Of a stretch of 39,014 nucleotides of DNA, positions 24,795 through 32,931 are shown piece after piece. This DNA is from Solirubrobacteraceae bacterium (GTDB taxonomy: Bacteria > Actinomycetota > Thermoleophilia > Solirubrobacterales > Solirubrobacteraceae): positions 1 through 39,014 of the forward strand of contig DASQFQ010000060.1 of NCBI GenBank assembly GCA_035633075.1. Direction: 5' to 3'. A program made the translations under genes and the position numbers. Below the pieces are notes generated by a model, which worked only from the letters and a program-made list of their open reading frames with translations, ran no database searches and was not told the origin of the DNA. The stretch's first letter is position 1; the number at the start of each line of letters is the position of its first letter.

Positions 24795-26411
24795 GTGGTG
24801 TACACCTGGATGGTGCATTCACCGGTGTTTGGCAGGGAGGCCGCACTGTTCGCTCAAGTCACCCAGCAGGTCCAGGTCCCGCAGGGTCCCCATTGGTACG
24901 ACTGGGACTCGATCTCGACCTGGTTGCAGACGTGGGCCCCGATCATCTTCATGGGGCTGCTGGTCTTCTTCATCTGGCGGACGCTCAAGCTGATGCCAAA
25001 GACCAAGCCGCAGGAGATCAAGCCCGAGGCCAAGGGCGCGATCGGATGGGCGGACGTGGCCGGGGCGGACGAGGCCAAGGCCGAGCTCCAGGAGGTCGTC
25101 GAGTTCCTGCGTGACCCCGCGCGGTTCAAGAAGCTCGGCGCCACCGTGCCGCGCGGCATCCTCCTGCACGGGCCGCCCGGCACCGGCAAGACCCTGCTGG
25201 CCAAGGCCGTCGCCCACGAGGCGGGCGCCAACTTCTTCTCCCAGTCGGCTGCCGCCTTCGTCGAGATGTTCGCCGGCCTCGGCGCCGCGCGCATCCGCCG
25301 GCTGTTCGCGATGGCGCGCAAGCAGCGGCCGGCGATCATCTTCATCGACGAGATCGACGCGGTCGGCGGCGAGCGCGGCTCGGACAACAACTCCGAGCGC
25401 GAGCAGACGCTCAACCAGCTGCTCGTCGAGATGGACGGCTTCCACAACACCAACGACCTCGTGGTGATCGCCGCCTCCAACCTGCTCGAGAAGCTCGACG
25501 CGGCGCTCCTGCGCCCGGGGCGCTTCGACCGTCAGATCTTCGTCTCGCCCCCCGACGTGGCCGGCCGGGAGGAGATCCTCAAGGTCCACACCCGCGGCAA
25601 GCCGATCGGCAACGTGGACCTCCCGATGATCGCCCGCCAGACCTCGGGCCTCACCGGCGCCGACCTCGCCAACCTGGCCAACGAGGCGGCCATCTTCGCG
25701 GCCCGCAGCCACCGCGAGTTCATCGTCCACTCGGATTTCGACAACGCGCTCGAGCGCGTGGTGGCCGGGATGCAGTCGCGCCGCACCCTCAACGACCATG
25801 AGCGCCGGGTCGTCGCCTTCCACGAGGCCGGCCACGCGCTGTGCGCCGAGCTGCTGCCCGGCGTCGACCGTGTCCACAAGATCTCGATCGTCCCCCGCGG
25901 CCGGGCCCTGGGCTACACGCTCAACCTGCCCGAGGAGGACCGCTACCTCAAGACGCGCGAGGAGCTCATCGACTACATGACGGTCCTGCTCGGCGGCCGC
26001 GCCGCCGAGGAGATCGTCTTCGGCGCGATCACCACCGGCGCGTCGGACGACCTCAGCCGCGTGGCCGAGATCTCGCGCTCGATGATCCACGACTACGCGA
26101 TGGGAACAACCATCACCTCGCGCCGCGTGTCGGCCGAGGGCGGGCTGGTGTCCGACCGCACGCGCGAGCTGCGCGACGACGAGCAGCAGCACCTCACCGA
26201 CGAGGCTATGCGCGGGGCTGCCCGCCTCATCCTCGAGCACCGCGAGAAGCTCGACCAGCTCGCCAACGCGCTCCTGCGCAACGAGGTCCTCGAGCGCAAG
26301 GACATCGACCGGATCATGAGCGGCACCCCCCGTTTCAAGCGCTCGCCCGGCCAGGGCCTGCGCGTGGTGGCCATCGAGCCGCCACCGGAAGAGCAGCGCG
26401 CACAGCCCTGA
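24795..26411 (+). CDS. ftsH: ATP-dependent zinc metalloprotease FtsH paralogue, short single-TM N-terminus
   Basis: [22 protein letters not shown], the SRH LRPGRFDRQI and the zinc site HEAGHAL. Only one hydrophobic segment (WAPIIFMGLLVFFIW) precedes the AAA module. The start is uncertain: GTG 24795, ATG 24810 or TTG 24924. Third-position GC is low until about 24890. Confidence 0.88.
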   Translation: MVYTWMVHSPVFGREAALFAQVTQQVQVPQGPHWYDWDSISTWLQTWAPIIFMGLLVFFIWRTLKLMPKTKPQEIKPEAKGAIGWADVAGADEAKAELQEVVEFLRDPARFKKLGATVPRGILLHGPPGTGKTLLAKAVAHEAGANFFSQSAAAFVEMFAGLGAARIRRLFAMARKQRPAIIFIDEIDAVGGERGSDNNSEREQTLNQLLVEMDGFHNTNDLVVIAASNLLEKLDAALLRPGRFDRQIFVSPPDVAGREEILKVHTRGKPIGNVDLPMIARQTSGLTGADLANLANEAAIFAARSHREFIVHSDFDNALERVVAGMQSRRTLNDHERRVVAFHEAGHALCAELLPGVDRVHKISIVPRGRALGYTLNLPEEDRYLKTREELIDYMTVLLGGRAAEEIVFGAITTGASDDLSRVAEISRSMIHDYAMGTTITSRRVSAEGGLVSDRTRELRDDEQQHLTDEAMRGAARLILEHREKLDQLANALLRNEVLERKDIDRIMSGTPRFKRSPGQGLRVVAIEPPPEEQRAQP

Positions 26412-26434
26412 AGCTCGGGGGCAGCTCCTGGCCG

Positions 26435-27547
26435 CTACCCGGAGCCGAGCGCGATCACGCTGCGGATGCCGTCCTGGGCCTCCATCAGCTCGAAGCCGCG
26501 GTTGACCTCGTCGAGCGTCATGCGGTGCGAGAGGAAAGCGTCGACGTCGATGTCCCCGGCCAGGTAGCGGTCGACGAGCTGCGGCACCTGCACGCGGCCC
26601 TTGACGCCGCCGAACGAGGAGCCCGCGATGCGCCGCCCCGTGATCAGCAGGCGGGGCACGACGTCGAGCGTCTCGCCCTTGCCGGCCACGCCGGCGACGG
26701 TGCACAGGCCCCAGCCCATGCGGGCGGCCTCGACGGCCTGGCGCATCACCGCGACGAGGCCCGTCGCCTCGAAGGTGTAGTCGGCGCCGAAGCCGTCGGT
26801 CATCTCGAGGATCAGCTCGACGACGTCGGGGGCGCCGGTGAGGGTGTCGGTGGCGCCCTGGCCGCGCGCGAGGGCGAGGCGCTCCTCGGAGAGGTCGACG
26901 CAGACGATTCGCTCCGCGCCCTGGAGCCGGCAGCCCGCCACCGCGCCGAGCCCGACCATCCCCGCCCCGAACACGACGCACGTGGAGCCGGCCTGCACCT
27001 TGGCGGTGTTCATCGCCGCCCCCAGCCCGGTGGACAGCCCGCAGGCGAACAGGCAGGCCCGGTCGAGCGGGGCCTCGGGGTTGATCTTCGCGAGCGCGAT
27101 CTCGGGCATGACCGTGTATTCGGCGAAGGTCGAGCAGCCCATGAAGTGGCGGATGGGCTCCCCTTCGCGCGCGAGCCGCGTCGTCCCATCGGGCAGGAAG
27201 CCCTTGTTCTGCTGCTCGCGGATGGCGAGGCACAGGTTCGTCCGCGGGCTGCGGCAGTGCACGCACTCACCGCACTGGGGCGAGAACAGCGTGACGACGT
27301 GGTCTCCCTCGGCCAGCAGGCTCACCGCCTGGCCGACGCGCTCGACGACGCCGGCGCCCTCGTGGCCGAGGACCGCCGGGGCGTAGCCGCTCGGGTCGGC
27401 CCCCGAGGCGGTGTAGAGGTCGGTGTGGCAGACGCCGCAGGCCTCCAGCCGCACGAGCACCTCGCCGGGCCCGGGCTGCTGGAGGTCGACCTCCTGCACC
27501 TGCAGCGGGGCACCGAACTCTTCGAGCACCGCCGCACGGATCCTCAC
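26435..27547 (-). CDS. zinc-dependent alcohol dehydrogenase, class III / S-(hydroxymethyl)mycothiol dehydrogenase-like
   Basis: CGVCHTD, GHEGAGVVE, the structural-zinc cysteines CGECVHC....C and the GAGMVGL Rossmann motif. The start is set at GTG 27545-27547, 10 nt after the upstream stop. Confidence 0.88.
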   Translation of the reverse strand: MRIRAAVLEEFGAPLQVQEVDLQQPGPGEVLVRLEACGVCHTDLYTASGADPSGYAPAVLGHEGAGVVERVGQAVSLLAEGDHVVTLFSPQCGECVHCRSPRTNLCLAIREQQNKGFLPDGTTRLAREGEPIRHFMGCSTFAEYTVMPEIALAKINPEAPLDRACLFACGLSTGLGAAMNTAKVQAGSTCVVFGAGMVGLGAVAGCRLQGAERIVCVDLSEERLALARGQGATDTLTGAPDVVELILEMTDGFGADYTFEATGLVAVMRQAVEAARMGWGLCTVAGVAGKGETLDVVPRLLITGRRIAGSSFGGVKGRVQVPQLVDRYLAGDIDVDAFLSHRMTLDEVNRGFELMEAQDGIRSVIALGSG

Positions 27548-27557
27548 GGCGCGGAAT

Positions 27558-28409
27558 CTAGCCCACGACAAGCGCGAAGGAGTCGCGCTCGACAGTGATG
27601 TGCTGCATGCCGTCGTTGCGCAGCTCGCCGTCCACGTCGAGCTCGGTTTCCGGTGGCAGGTCGACCTCGACCGTGTGGGCGCGCGCCTGGCGGACGTCGC
27701 GCTGCTCGGCGAGCGTGCCGCGCCGCATGCCCCACGCCCTTCGCGCGAGGCCGAGCCGGGAGCCGGCCGGCAGGACGGCGACGTCGAGCGCGCCGTCCGC
27801 GGGATCGGCGGCGCCGAGCTTCGAGCCTCCCCCGAAGGCGCCGGTCACCGCGACGATCGCCTGCCAGGCCCCTCCGGCGTACACCTCGCGCCCGTCCGCG
27901 CGCACCGTGCAGCGCAGGGGCGTCTCGCTTGCCGCGGCGCGCAGCGCGCCCACGGCATAGGCGAGCGGCCCGAGCCACGGCTTGAGCGCCTGCGCGCGGC
28001 GGGCGGCCCCCGAGGCGAGCCCGGCGCTCGCGACGTTGACGAACGGCCAGCCGTCCGCGAGCCGGCCGAGGTCCAAGAGCCTGAGCTCGGTGCCGGTGAC
28101 CGCGAGCTCGCACGCCGCCTCGACGTCGAGCGGCAGCTCGGCGGAGCGGGCGAAGTCGTTCGCGGTGCCGACGGGGATCACCGCGAGGGGAACCCGCAGG
28201 CGGCCGGCCAGGTCTGCGCAAGGGCCGACGGTGCCGTCGCCCCCGGCCACGGCGATGCGGTCCGGACCCCAGCGCGCCGCCGCCTCGAGCTCCTCGACCG
28301 CGAGGCCCCACCTGCCGACCTCGGCGCCGTGGCGGCGCATCGCGGCGGCCAGCGGCTCGGGATCCTGGCCCCCGCCTGCGGCCGGGTTGGCGATCAGCGC
28401 GATGCGCAC
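27558..28409 (-). CDS. diacylglycerol kinase-family lipid kinase (YegS/BmrU-like)
   Basis: IALIANPAAGGG and VAGGDGTV (the DAGK catalytic-domain GGDGT), then IPVGTANDFAR. GTG start at 28409. Confidence 0.82.
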   Translation of the reverse strand: MRIALIANPAAGGGQDPEPLAAAMRRHGAEVGRWGLAVEELEAAARWGPDRIAVAGGDGTVGPCADLAGRLRVPLAVIPVGTANDFARSAELPLDVEAACELAVTGTELRLLDLGRLADGWPFVNVASAGLASGAARRAQALKPWLGPLAYAVGALRAAASETPLRCTVRADGREVYAGGAWQAIVAVTGAFGGGSKLGAADPADGALDVAVLPAGSRLGLARRAWGMRRGTLAEQRDVRQARAHTVEVDLPPETELDVDGELRNDGMQHITVERDSFALVVG

Positions 28410-28437
28410 GTGCCCCCGAGGCTACCCGGCGTGGCAC

Positions 28438-28443
28438 TAGACT
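28438..28443 (+). promoter_or_regulatory. candidate -10 hexamer TAGACT for a leaderless or near-leaderless mce transcript
   Basis: TAGACT matches the TANNNT pattern, and 7 nt separate it from GTG 28451. No SD-like sequence lies between them. The same ACTAGACT octamer recurs at 30701-30708. Pattern match only. Confidence 0.3.
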
Positions 28444-28450
28444 CGGGCTC

Positions 28451-28864
28451 GTGTTCGGGCGCATCGACCACGTGGGCCTCGCGGTGACCGATCTCGAGGA
28501 GGCGATCGACCTCCACGTCAACGTCTACGGCCTCGGCCTCGTCCATCGCGAGACCGTGAGTGAACAGGGCGTCGAGGCCGTGCTGCTCGACGTGGGGGAG
28601 AACCACGTCGAGCTGCTCGCGCCGCTGCACGACGAGACCGCCGTCGGGCGCTTCCTGGCCCGCCGCGGGCCTGGCTTGCACCACGTCGCCTACCAGGTGG
28701 AGGACATCGAGCTGACGCTGCGGGCGCTGCGCGACGCCGGCGTGCGCCTGATCGACGAGGCGCCGCGCACCGGCATCCGGGCCTCCCAGGTCGCCTTCCT
28801 GCACCCGTCGGCCTCCGGTGGGGTGCTCACCGAGCTCGTGCAACCGGCCCCGGTCCACGCATGA
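28451..28864 (+). CDS. mce: methylmalonyl-CoA epimerase (VOC superfamily)
   Basis: IDHVGLAV.DLEEAI..Y, VELLAP, GPGLHHVAY.V.DI and FLHP....GVL.EL, the typical Mce pattern and length (137 aa). Confidence 0.86.
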   Translation: MFGRIDHVGLAVTDLEEAIDLHVNVYGLGLVHRETVSEQGVEAVLLDVGENHVELLAPLHDETAVGRFLARRGPGLHHVAYQVEDIELTLRALRDAGVRLIDEAPRTGIRASQVAFLHPSASGGVLTELVQPAPVHA

Positions 28865-29079
28865 CCGATCCGACGCGCCGCGCCGCGGTGGGCTTCCAGG
28901 GAGGCCAGGTGCTCTCCCTGCGGCTCTCGGACTCTCAGCTCACGGAGCTTCGCGGCGTGTTGCGCGACGGGCGCGAGCGCTGGCACGAGGTGGCGGCCGC
29001 CGACGGTGCGGTGCTCGTCGACGTGGGCCAGATCGTCTACCTGCGCGTCGAGTCCGACGAGCATCGCGTCGGCTTCTAA
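28861..29079 (+). CDS. DUF3107-like small protein (72 aa)
   Basis: Actinobacterial small-protein pattern ending ...VYLRVESDEHRVGF, recalled from DUF3107 members that end in RRVGF. The ATG overlaps the mce stop (ATGA). High third-position GC. Confidence 0.55.
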   Translation: MTDPTRRAAVGFQGGQVLSLRLSDSQLTELRGVLRDGRERWHEVAAADGAVLVDVGQIVYLRVESDEHRVGF

Positions 29080-29086
29080 TGGTCCA

Positions 29087-29608
29087 CTGAGCCAGACGCC
29101 CCGCCAGTCGCTGCGGGTCCGGGCCAACGCGCTCGACCTCGCGATCCACCGGCGCCTGCGCTCGCTCGCGCGGACGCCAGCGACCGTGCGCTGGGTCCGC
29201 CGCTACTCGACGCTCGGTGAGCACGCCGCGGTGTGGCTGGCCGTCGGAGCCGGCGGGGCGGTGCTGGACGCCCGCAACCGCAGGCGCTGGGTGCGCGCGA
29301 CCGGGTGCGTGGGCGGCGCCTACCTGATCTCGACCTCGATCAAGCTCGCGATCGGCCGCAAGCGCCCGGTGATCGAGGACCTGCCGCAGCTGATGGCGAC
29401 ACCCACCGGTCTCTCGTTTCCCTCCTCGCACTCGACCTCGTCCTTCGCCGCGGCACGCGCCTTTGGTCGGATGCTCCCCGCGCGCCCGCTCTACTGCGCA
29501 GCCACGGCGATGGCGCTCTCGCGCCTCTACCTCGGGGTGCACTATCCCTCCGATGTCGCCGCCGGCGCCGCACTCGGCACGCTGCTCGGGAGTTTCGGCC
29601 GCCGATGA
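29087..29608 (+). CDS. PAP2 family phosphatase (start codon non-canonical or uncertain)
   Basis: Motifs KLAIGRKRP, PSSHS and SRLYLGVHYPSDV (KxxxxxxRP / PSGH / SRxxxxxHxxxD). G/C-ending codons in this frame begin at about 29087 (CTG). The only canonical in-frame starts are GTG 29006, through a stretch of A/T-ending codons overlapping the DUF3107 gene, and GTG 29186, which would delete the conserved N-terminal helix. Confidence 0.72.
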   Translation: MSQTPRQSLRVRANALDLAIHRRLRSLARTPATVRWVRRYSTLGEHAAVWLAVGAGGAVLDARNRRRWVRATGCVGGAYLISTSIKLAIGRKRPVIEDLPQLMATPTGLSFPSSHSTSSFAAARAFGRMLPARPLYCAATAMALSRLYLGVHYPSDVAAGAALGTLLGSFGRR

Positions 29609-30684
29609 AGGTGGGGATCGTCGGCCTGCCCAACGCGGGCAAGTCGTCGCTGTTCAACGCGCTCAGCCGCGCGGGCGCGCAGGCGGCCAACTACCCGTTC
29701 ACGACGATCGAGCCGAACGTCGCCGTGGTCGGGGTGCAGGACGAGCGGCTCGACGCCGTGGCGCGAACCGTGCGCTCCTCGAGCGTCGTCCCGGACACGA
29801 TCGAGTTCCATGACATCGCGGGCCTGGTGGCGGGCGCCCACCGGGGCGAGGGCCTGGGCAACCGCTTCCTCGGCAACATCCGCGAGACGGACGCGCTGCT
29901 GCACGTCGTGCGCGCCCACCACGACCCCGGAGTCGTGCATCCGGAGGGGGCGGTCGATCCCGCCACGGACATCGACACGATCGAGACCGAGCTCGTGTAC
30001 GCTGACCTCGAGCAGGCCGAGCGCCGCCACGCGCGCCTGGTCCGCGACGCGCGCGGCGGTGAGCGGGCGGCGATCGTGGAGGAGGCCTGGCTGCGCGAGG
30101 TCGTCGCCGCGCTGCAGGCCGGGCGCCCTGTGCGGTCCGTCCCGGTGCCGGGCGACGCGCCCCATGCCGCCCGCGACCTGGGCGCGCTCACGGCGAAGCC
30201 GGTGCTCTACGTGGCCAACGTCGACGAGGGCGACGGCGCGGTCACGCCGGCGGTCGCCGAGCACGCCGCGGCAGAGGGCGCCGGGGCGGTCGCGGTTTCG
30301 GCGCGCCTCGAGGCGGAGCTCGCGGAGCTCGACGAGGACGAGGCGGCGCACATGCGCGAGGAGCTGGGAATCGCCGAGTCGAGCCTGCGGCGCGTCGTCC
30401 GCGGCGCCTTCGCCCTGCTTGACCTGATTGCGTTCTTCACCGCCGGCGAGGACAAGCCCGCCCAGTCGTGGCACCTGCGGCGGGGCGCCAGCGCGTGGCA
30501 CGCGGCCGGCGAGATCCACTCCGACATCCAGCGCGGCTTCGTGCGCGCCGAGGTCATCGGCTGGGAGGCGCTGGTACAGGCCGGCGGCTATGCCGCGGCG
30601 CGCGACCGCGGCGTGCTGCGGCTGGAGGGACGCGACTACCCGCTGGCCGACGGGGACGTGATCACCGTCAAGTTCACGCCCTGA
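29605..30684 (+). CDS. ychF: redox-regulated ribosome-binding ATPase YchF
   Basis: MKVGIVGLPNAGKSSLFNAL, ANYPFTTIEPN, D.AGLV.GA..GEGLGN.FL..IR and the C-terminal TGS-like FFT.G..E..AW...G..A..AAG.IHSD...GF. The ATG at 29605 overlaps the PAP2 stop. Confidence 0.94.
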   Translation: MKVGIVGLPNAGKSSLFNALSRAGAQAANYPFTTIEPNVAVVGVQDERLDAVARTVRSSSVVPDTIEFHDIAGLVAGAHRGEGLGNRFLGNIRETDALLHVVRAHHDPGVVHPEGAVDPATDIDTIETELVYADLEQAERRHARLVRDARGGERAAIVEEAWLREVVAALQAGRPVRSVPVPGDAPHAARDLGALTAKPVLYVANVDEGDGAVTPAVAEHAAAEGAGAVAVSARLEAELAELDEDEAAHMREELGIAESSLRRVVRGAFALLDLIAFFTAGEDKPAQSWHLRRGASAWHAAGEIHSDIQRGFVRAEVIGWEALVQAGGYAAARDRGVLRLEGRDYPLADGDVITVKFTP

Positions 30685-30702
30685 GTGGGCCACCAGGGCG
30701 AC

Positions 30703-30708
30703 TAGACT
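30703..30708 (+). promoter_or_regulatory. candidate -10 hexamer TAGACT upstream of the REC-GGDEF gene
   Basis: This is the second copy of ACTAGACT, 12 nt upstream of ATG 30721. Pattern match only. Confidence 0.2.
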
Positions 30709-30720
30709 GCGCGGCGGAGC

Positions 30721-31584
30721 ATGGACGGTGCCGGACAGCCGGAGGGCCTCGTCCTGGTGGTGGAGGACACGCCGGGCGAGCACGCCGCACTCGTGCGCGC
30801 CCTCGCCGGCCGGGAGCACAGGGTGATCGCCTGCCCGCGCGGGGAGGCCCTCGACCGGCTGCAGTCACAGGAGCCCGACGTGGTGCTCGTGGGCCGCGCC
30901 GGCGCCGCGGCCATGCTCGACACATCGCCCGTTCCGGTGATCGTCCTGGCGGGCAGCTCCGGCGCCGACGAGCGGGCCGCCCTCCTCGCCGCCGGAGCCG
31001 CCGCGTGCCTGCCCGACCCGCTCGACCCGGTCGAGCTCGAGGGTTACATCCAGGTCGCGCTGCGCTTCAGGCGGCTGGAGCGTCTCTCTCTCACCGACCT
31101 GGTCACCGGGCTGGGCAACCGCCGTCACGGCGAGCACGAGCTCGGCCAGCTCGTCGTCCGGTCCTCGCGTCACGGGCACCCGCTCGGCCTTGTCCTCGTG
31201 GACGTCGACGGATTCAAGTCGATCAACGACACCCACGGCCACGACGCGGGGGACCGCGCCCTGCGCGGGGTGGCGGAGCGGATCGCCGCCTGCCTGCGCG
31301 GAAGCGACACGCTCGCCCGCTGGGGCGGCGAGGAGTTCATCGTGCTCCTGCCCGACACTGAGGCCGCCGGCGTCGGGAGGACCGCGGAGCGCCTGCGCGG
31401 CGCGGTGGCGGCGGACCCGTTCCCCGTCGGCGGCGCGGCGATCGAGCTCACCATCTCCGTCGGCTGGGCCGACTGGCGCGGCGAGGACCCCGACGAGTTC
31501 GTGCTGCGCGCCGACCGCGCGCTCTACGAGGCCAAGACGGCGGGGCGCAACGCGGTGCGGCCGGAGCCCGCTCGGTCCGCCTAG
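30721..31584 (+). CDS. diguanylate cyclase with degenerate N-terminal receiver domain
   Basis: REC-like fold (LVLVVEDTPGE...PVIVLAGSS...AGAAACLP) followed by GGDEF: TGLGNRR, VDVDGFKSINDTHGH.AGD, and the RGSD I-site next to WGGEEF. Confidence 0.85.
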   Translation: MDGAGQPEGLVLVVEDTPGEHAALVRALAGREHRVIACPRGEALDRLQSQEPDVVLVGRAGAAAMLDTSPVPVIVLAGSSGADERAALLAAGAAACLPDPLDPVELEGYIQVALRFRRLERLSLTDLVTGLGNRRHGEHELGQLVVRSSRHGHPLGLVLVDVDGFKSINDTHGHDAGDRALRGVAERIAACLRGSDTLARWGGEEFIVLLPDTEAAGVGRTAERLRGAVAADPFPVGGAAIELTISVGWADWRGEDPDEFVLRADRALYEAKTAGRNAVRPEPARSA

Positions 31585-32444
31585 CTGGACGTGGCCAGCT
31601 TGCGCAGCCGTTCCGCGAGCCGGCGCATGCCCAGGGCCTCGACCGCGTCCGCGCCGCCCGCGAAGTCCGTCGGAGTGTCCGGTGGCGGCTCGAGCTCGGT
31701 GGTGCGCAGGGTCGCGATGTCCTTGAAGGAGCGCAGCTCGTCGGCCTGCTCGATGAGCGCACGGCGGACGGCCGGCTTCTCGCGGATCGCGCCGAGGATG
31801 GCGTGCTCGAGGCTGCCCTTCCGCCGCAGCAGGTCGGCCGCCGTCTTCTCGCCGATCCCGCGCGCGCCGGGCAGCCCGTCGGAGGGATCGCCGCGCAGCG
31901 CGATGAAGTCGGGGACCAGCTCGGGGCCGATGCCGTAGCGGACACGCACCTCCTCAGGACCCAGCTCCTCGGGCCCCCCGGTCCCGGTGCGCTGCAGGAG
32001 CACGTGGACGCGGTCGGTCGCGCACTGGAAGAGGTCGCGGTCGCCGGTGAGGATAAGCGCGTCACCGCCTCCCTCGGCCTCCGAGAGCGCGAGCGAGTGC
32101 AGCAGGTCGTCGGCCTCCAGGGCGGCGTCGTCGTGGACGATCCAGCCGAGGGACCGATAGAGCGCCGGCGCCTGCACCCACTGGGTCGCGAGGCCCTCGG
32201 GCATCGGCGGGCGGTGGGCGTGGTAGGCCGGGTAGGCGTCGGTGCGGTAGGTCGCCGCCTCGGCGCCGAAGCACAGCACCACCGCGCGCGGCGAGCGCTC
32301 CTCCACCACCTGCAGCACCTGGTTGAGCGACCCCAACAGGGCGTTGACAGGCCCGCCGTCGGACCCCGTGATGGAGTCGGGAAGCGCGTGGAAGGCACGG
32401 TAGAGCAGCGCAGGGGCGTCCGCCAGTAGGAGGGGTCCGGCCAC
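31581..32444 (-). CDS. 5'-3' exonuclease (Pol I N-terminal / FEN-like)
   Basis: LLLADAPALLYRAFHALP, LEADD, LTGDRDL.Q and the H3TH motif DGLPGARGIGEKTAADLL. Its stop overlaps the convergent GGDEF stop within CTAG. Confidence 0.88.
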   Translation of the reverse strand: MAGPLLLADAPALLYRAFHALPDSITGSDGGPVNALLGSLNQVLQVVEERSPRAVVLCFGAEAATYRTDAYPAYHAHRPPMPEGLATQWVQAPALYRSLGWIVHDDAALEADDLLHSLALSEAEGGGDALILTGDRDLFQCATDRVHVLLQRTGTGGPEELGPEEVRVRYGIGPELVPDFIALRGDPSDGLPGARGIGEKTAADLLRRKGSLEHAILGAIREKPAVRRALIEQADELRSFKDIATLRTTELEPPPDTPTDFAGGADAVEALGMRRLAERLRKLATSS

Positions 32445-32472
32445 GCGGGCAACCTACTAACGTGCGTGTCCA

Positions 32473-32931
32473 ATGCGGACGATCACCGGGCTCGACGAGC
32501 TCAGGAACGCGGAGGGCGAGACGCTCGGGACGAGCGACTGGCACGAGGTCACGCAGTCGGACATCGACGCCTTCGCCGACGTGACGGGCGATCATCAGTG
32601 GATCCACGTCGACCCCGAGCGCGCCAAGGACACGCCGTTCGGCGGGACGATCGCCCACGGCTACTACACGCTCGCGCTGGCGGCCCGCTTCTCCGAGCAG
32701 ATCTTCAAGCTCGAGGGCTTCGCCTTCGGCCTCAACTACGGGCTGGATCGCGTTCGCTTCCCGGCGCCGCTGCCCGTCGGCTCCAAGGTGCGCATGGTTG
32801 CGAAGGTCGCGGCGGTCGAGGACATCCCGGGCGGCGCCCAGCTGAGGCTCGAGCTGACCTTCGAGCGCGAGGGCGGGGACAAGCCCGTCTGCGTCGCCGA
32901 GTCGCTCGCGCGCGTCTACGCCGGCGGCTGA
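32473..32931 (+). CDS. MaoC-family (R)-specific enoyl-CoA hydratase / dehydratase
   Basis: Hot-dog fold pattern F...TGD.QWIHVDPERA....FGGTIAHG; 152 aa. Confidence 0.86.
   Translation: MRTITGLDELRNAEGETLGTSDWHEVTQSDIDAFADVTGDHQWIHVDPERAKDTPFGGTIAHGYYTLALAARFSEQIFKLEGFAFGLNYGLDRVRFPAPLPVGSKVRMVAKVAAVEDIPGGAQLRLELTFEREGGDKPVCVAESLARVYAGG

Noticed and set aside
29005-29090. Programmed +1 frameshift fusing DUF3107 and PAP2
   Set aside because: There is no slippery or hungry-codon context that I recognise. DUF3107 ends with its family-typical ..RVGF C-terminus, and reinitiation explains the layout more simply.
31581-31584. Convergent genes sharing overlapping stop codons (CTAG), and the 16-nt convergent overlap of maoC and the HAD gene at 32916-32931
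   Set aside because: These are real but are ordinary consequences of tight packing in GC-rich genomes. No associated structure or terminator was seen.
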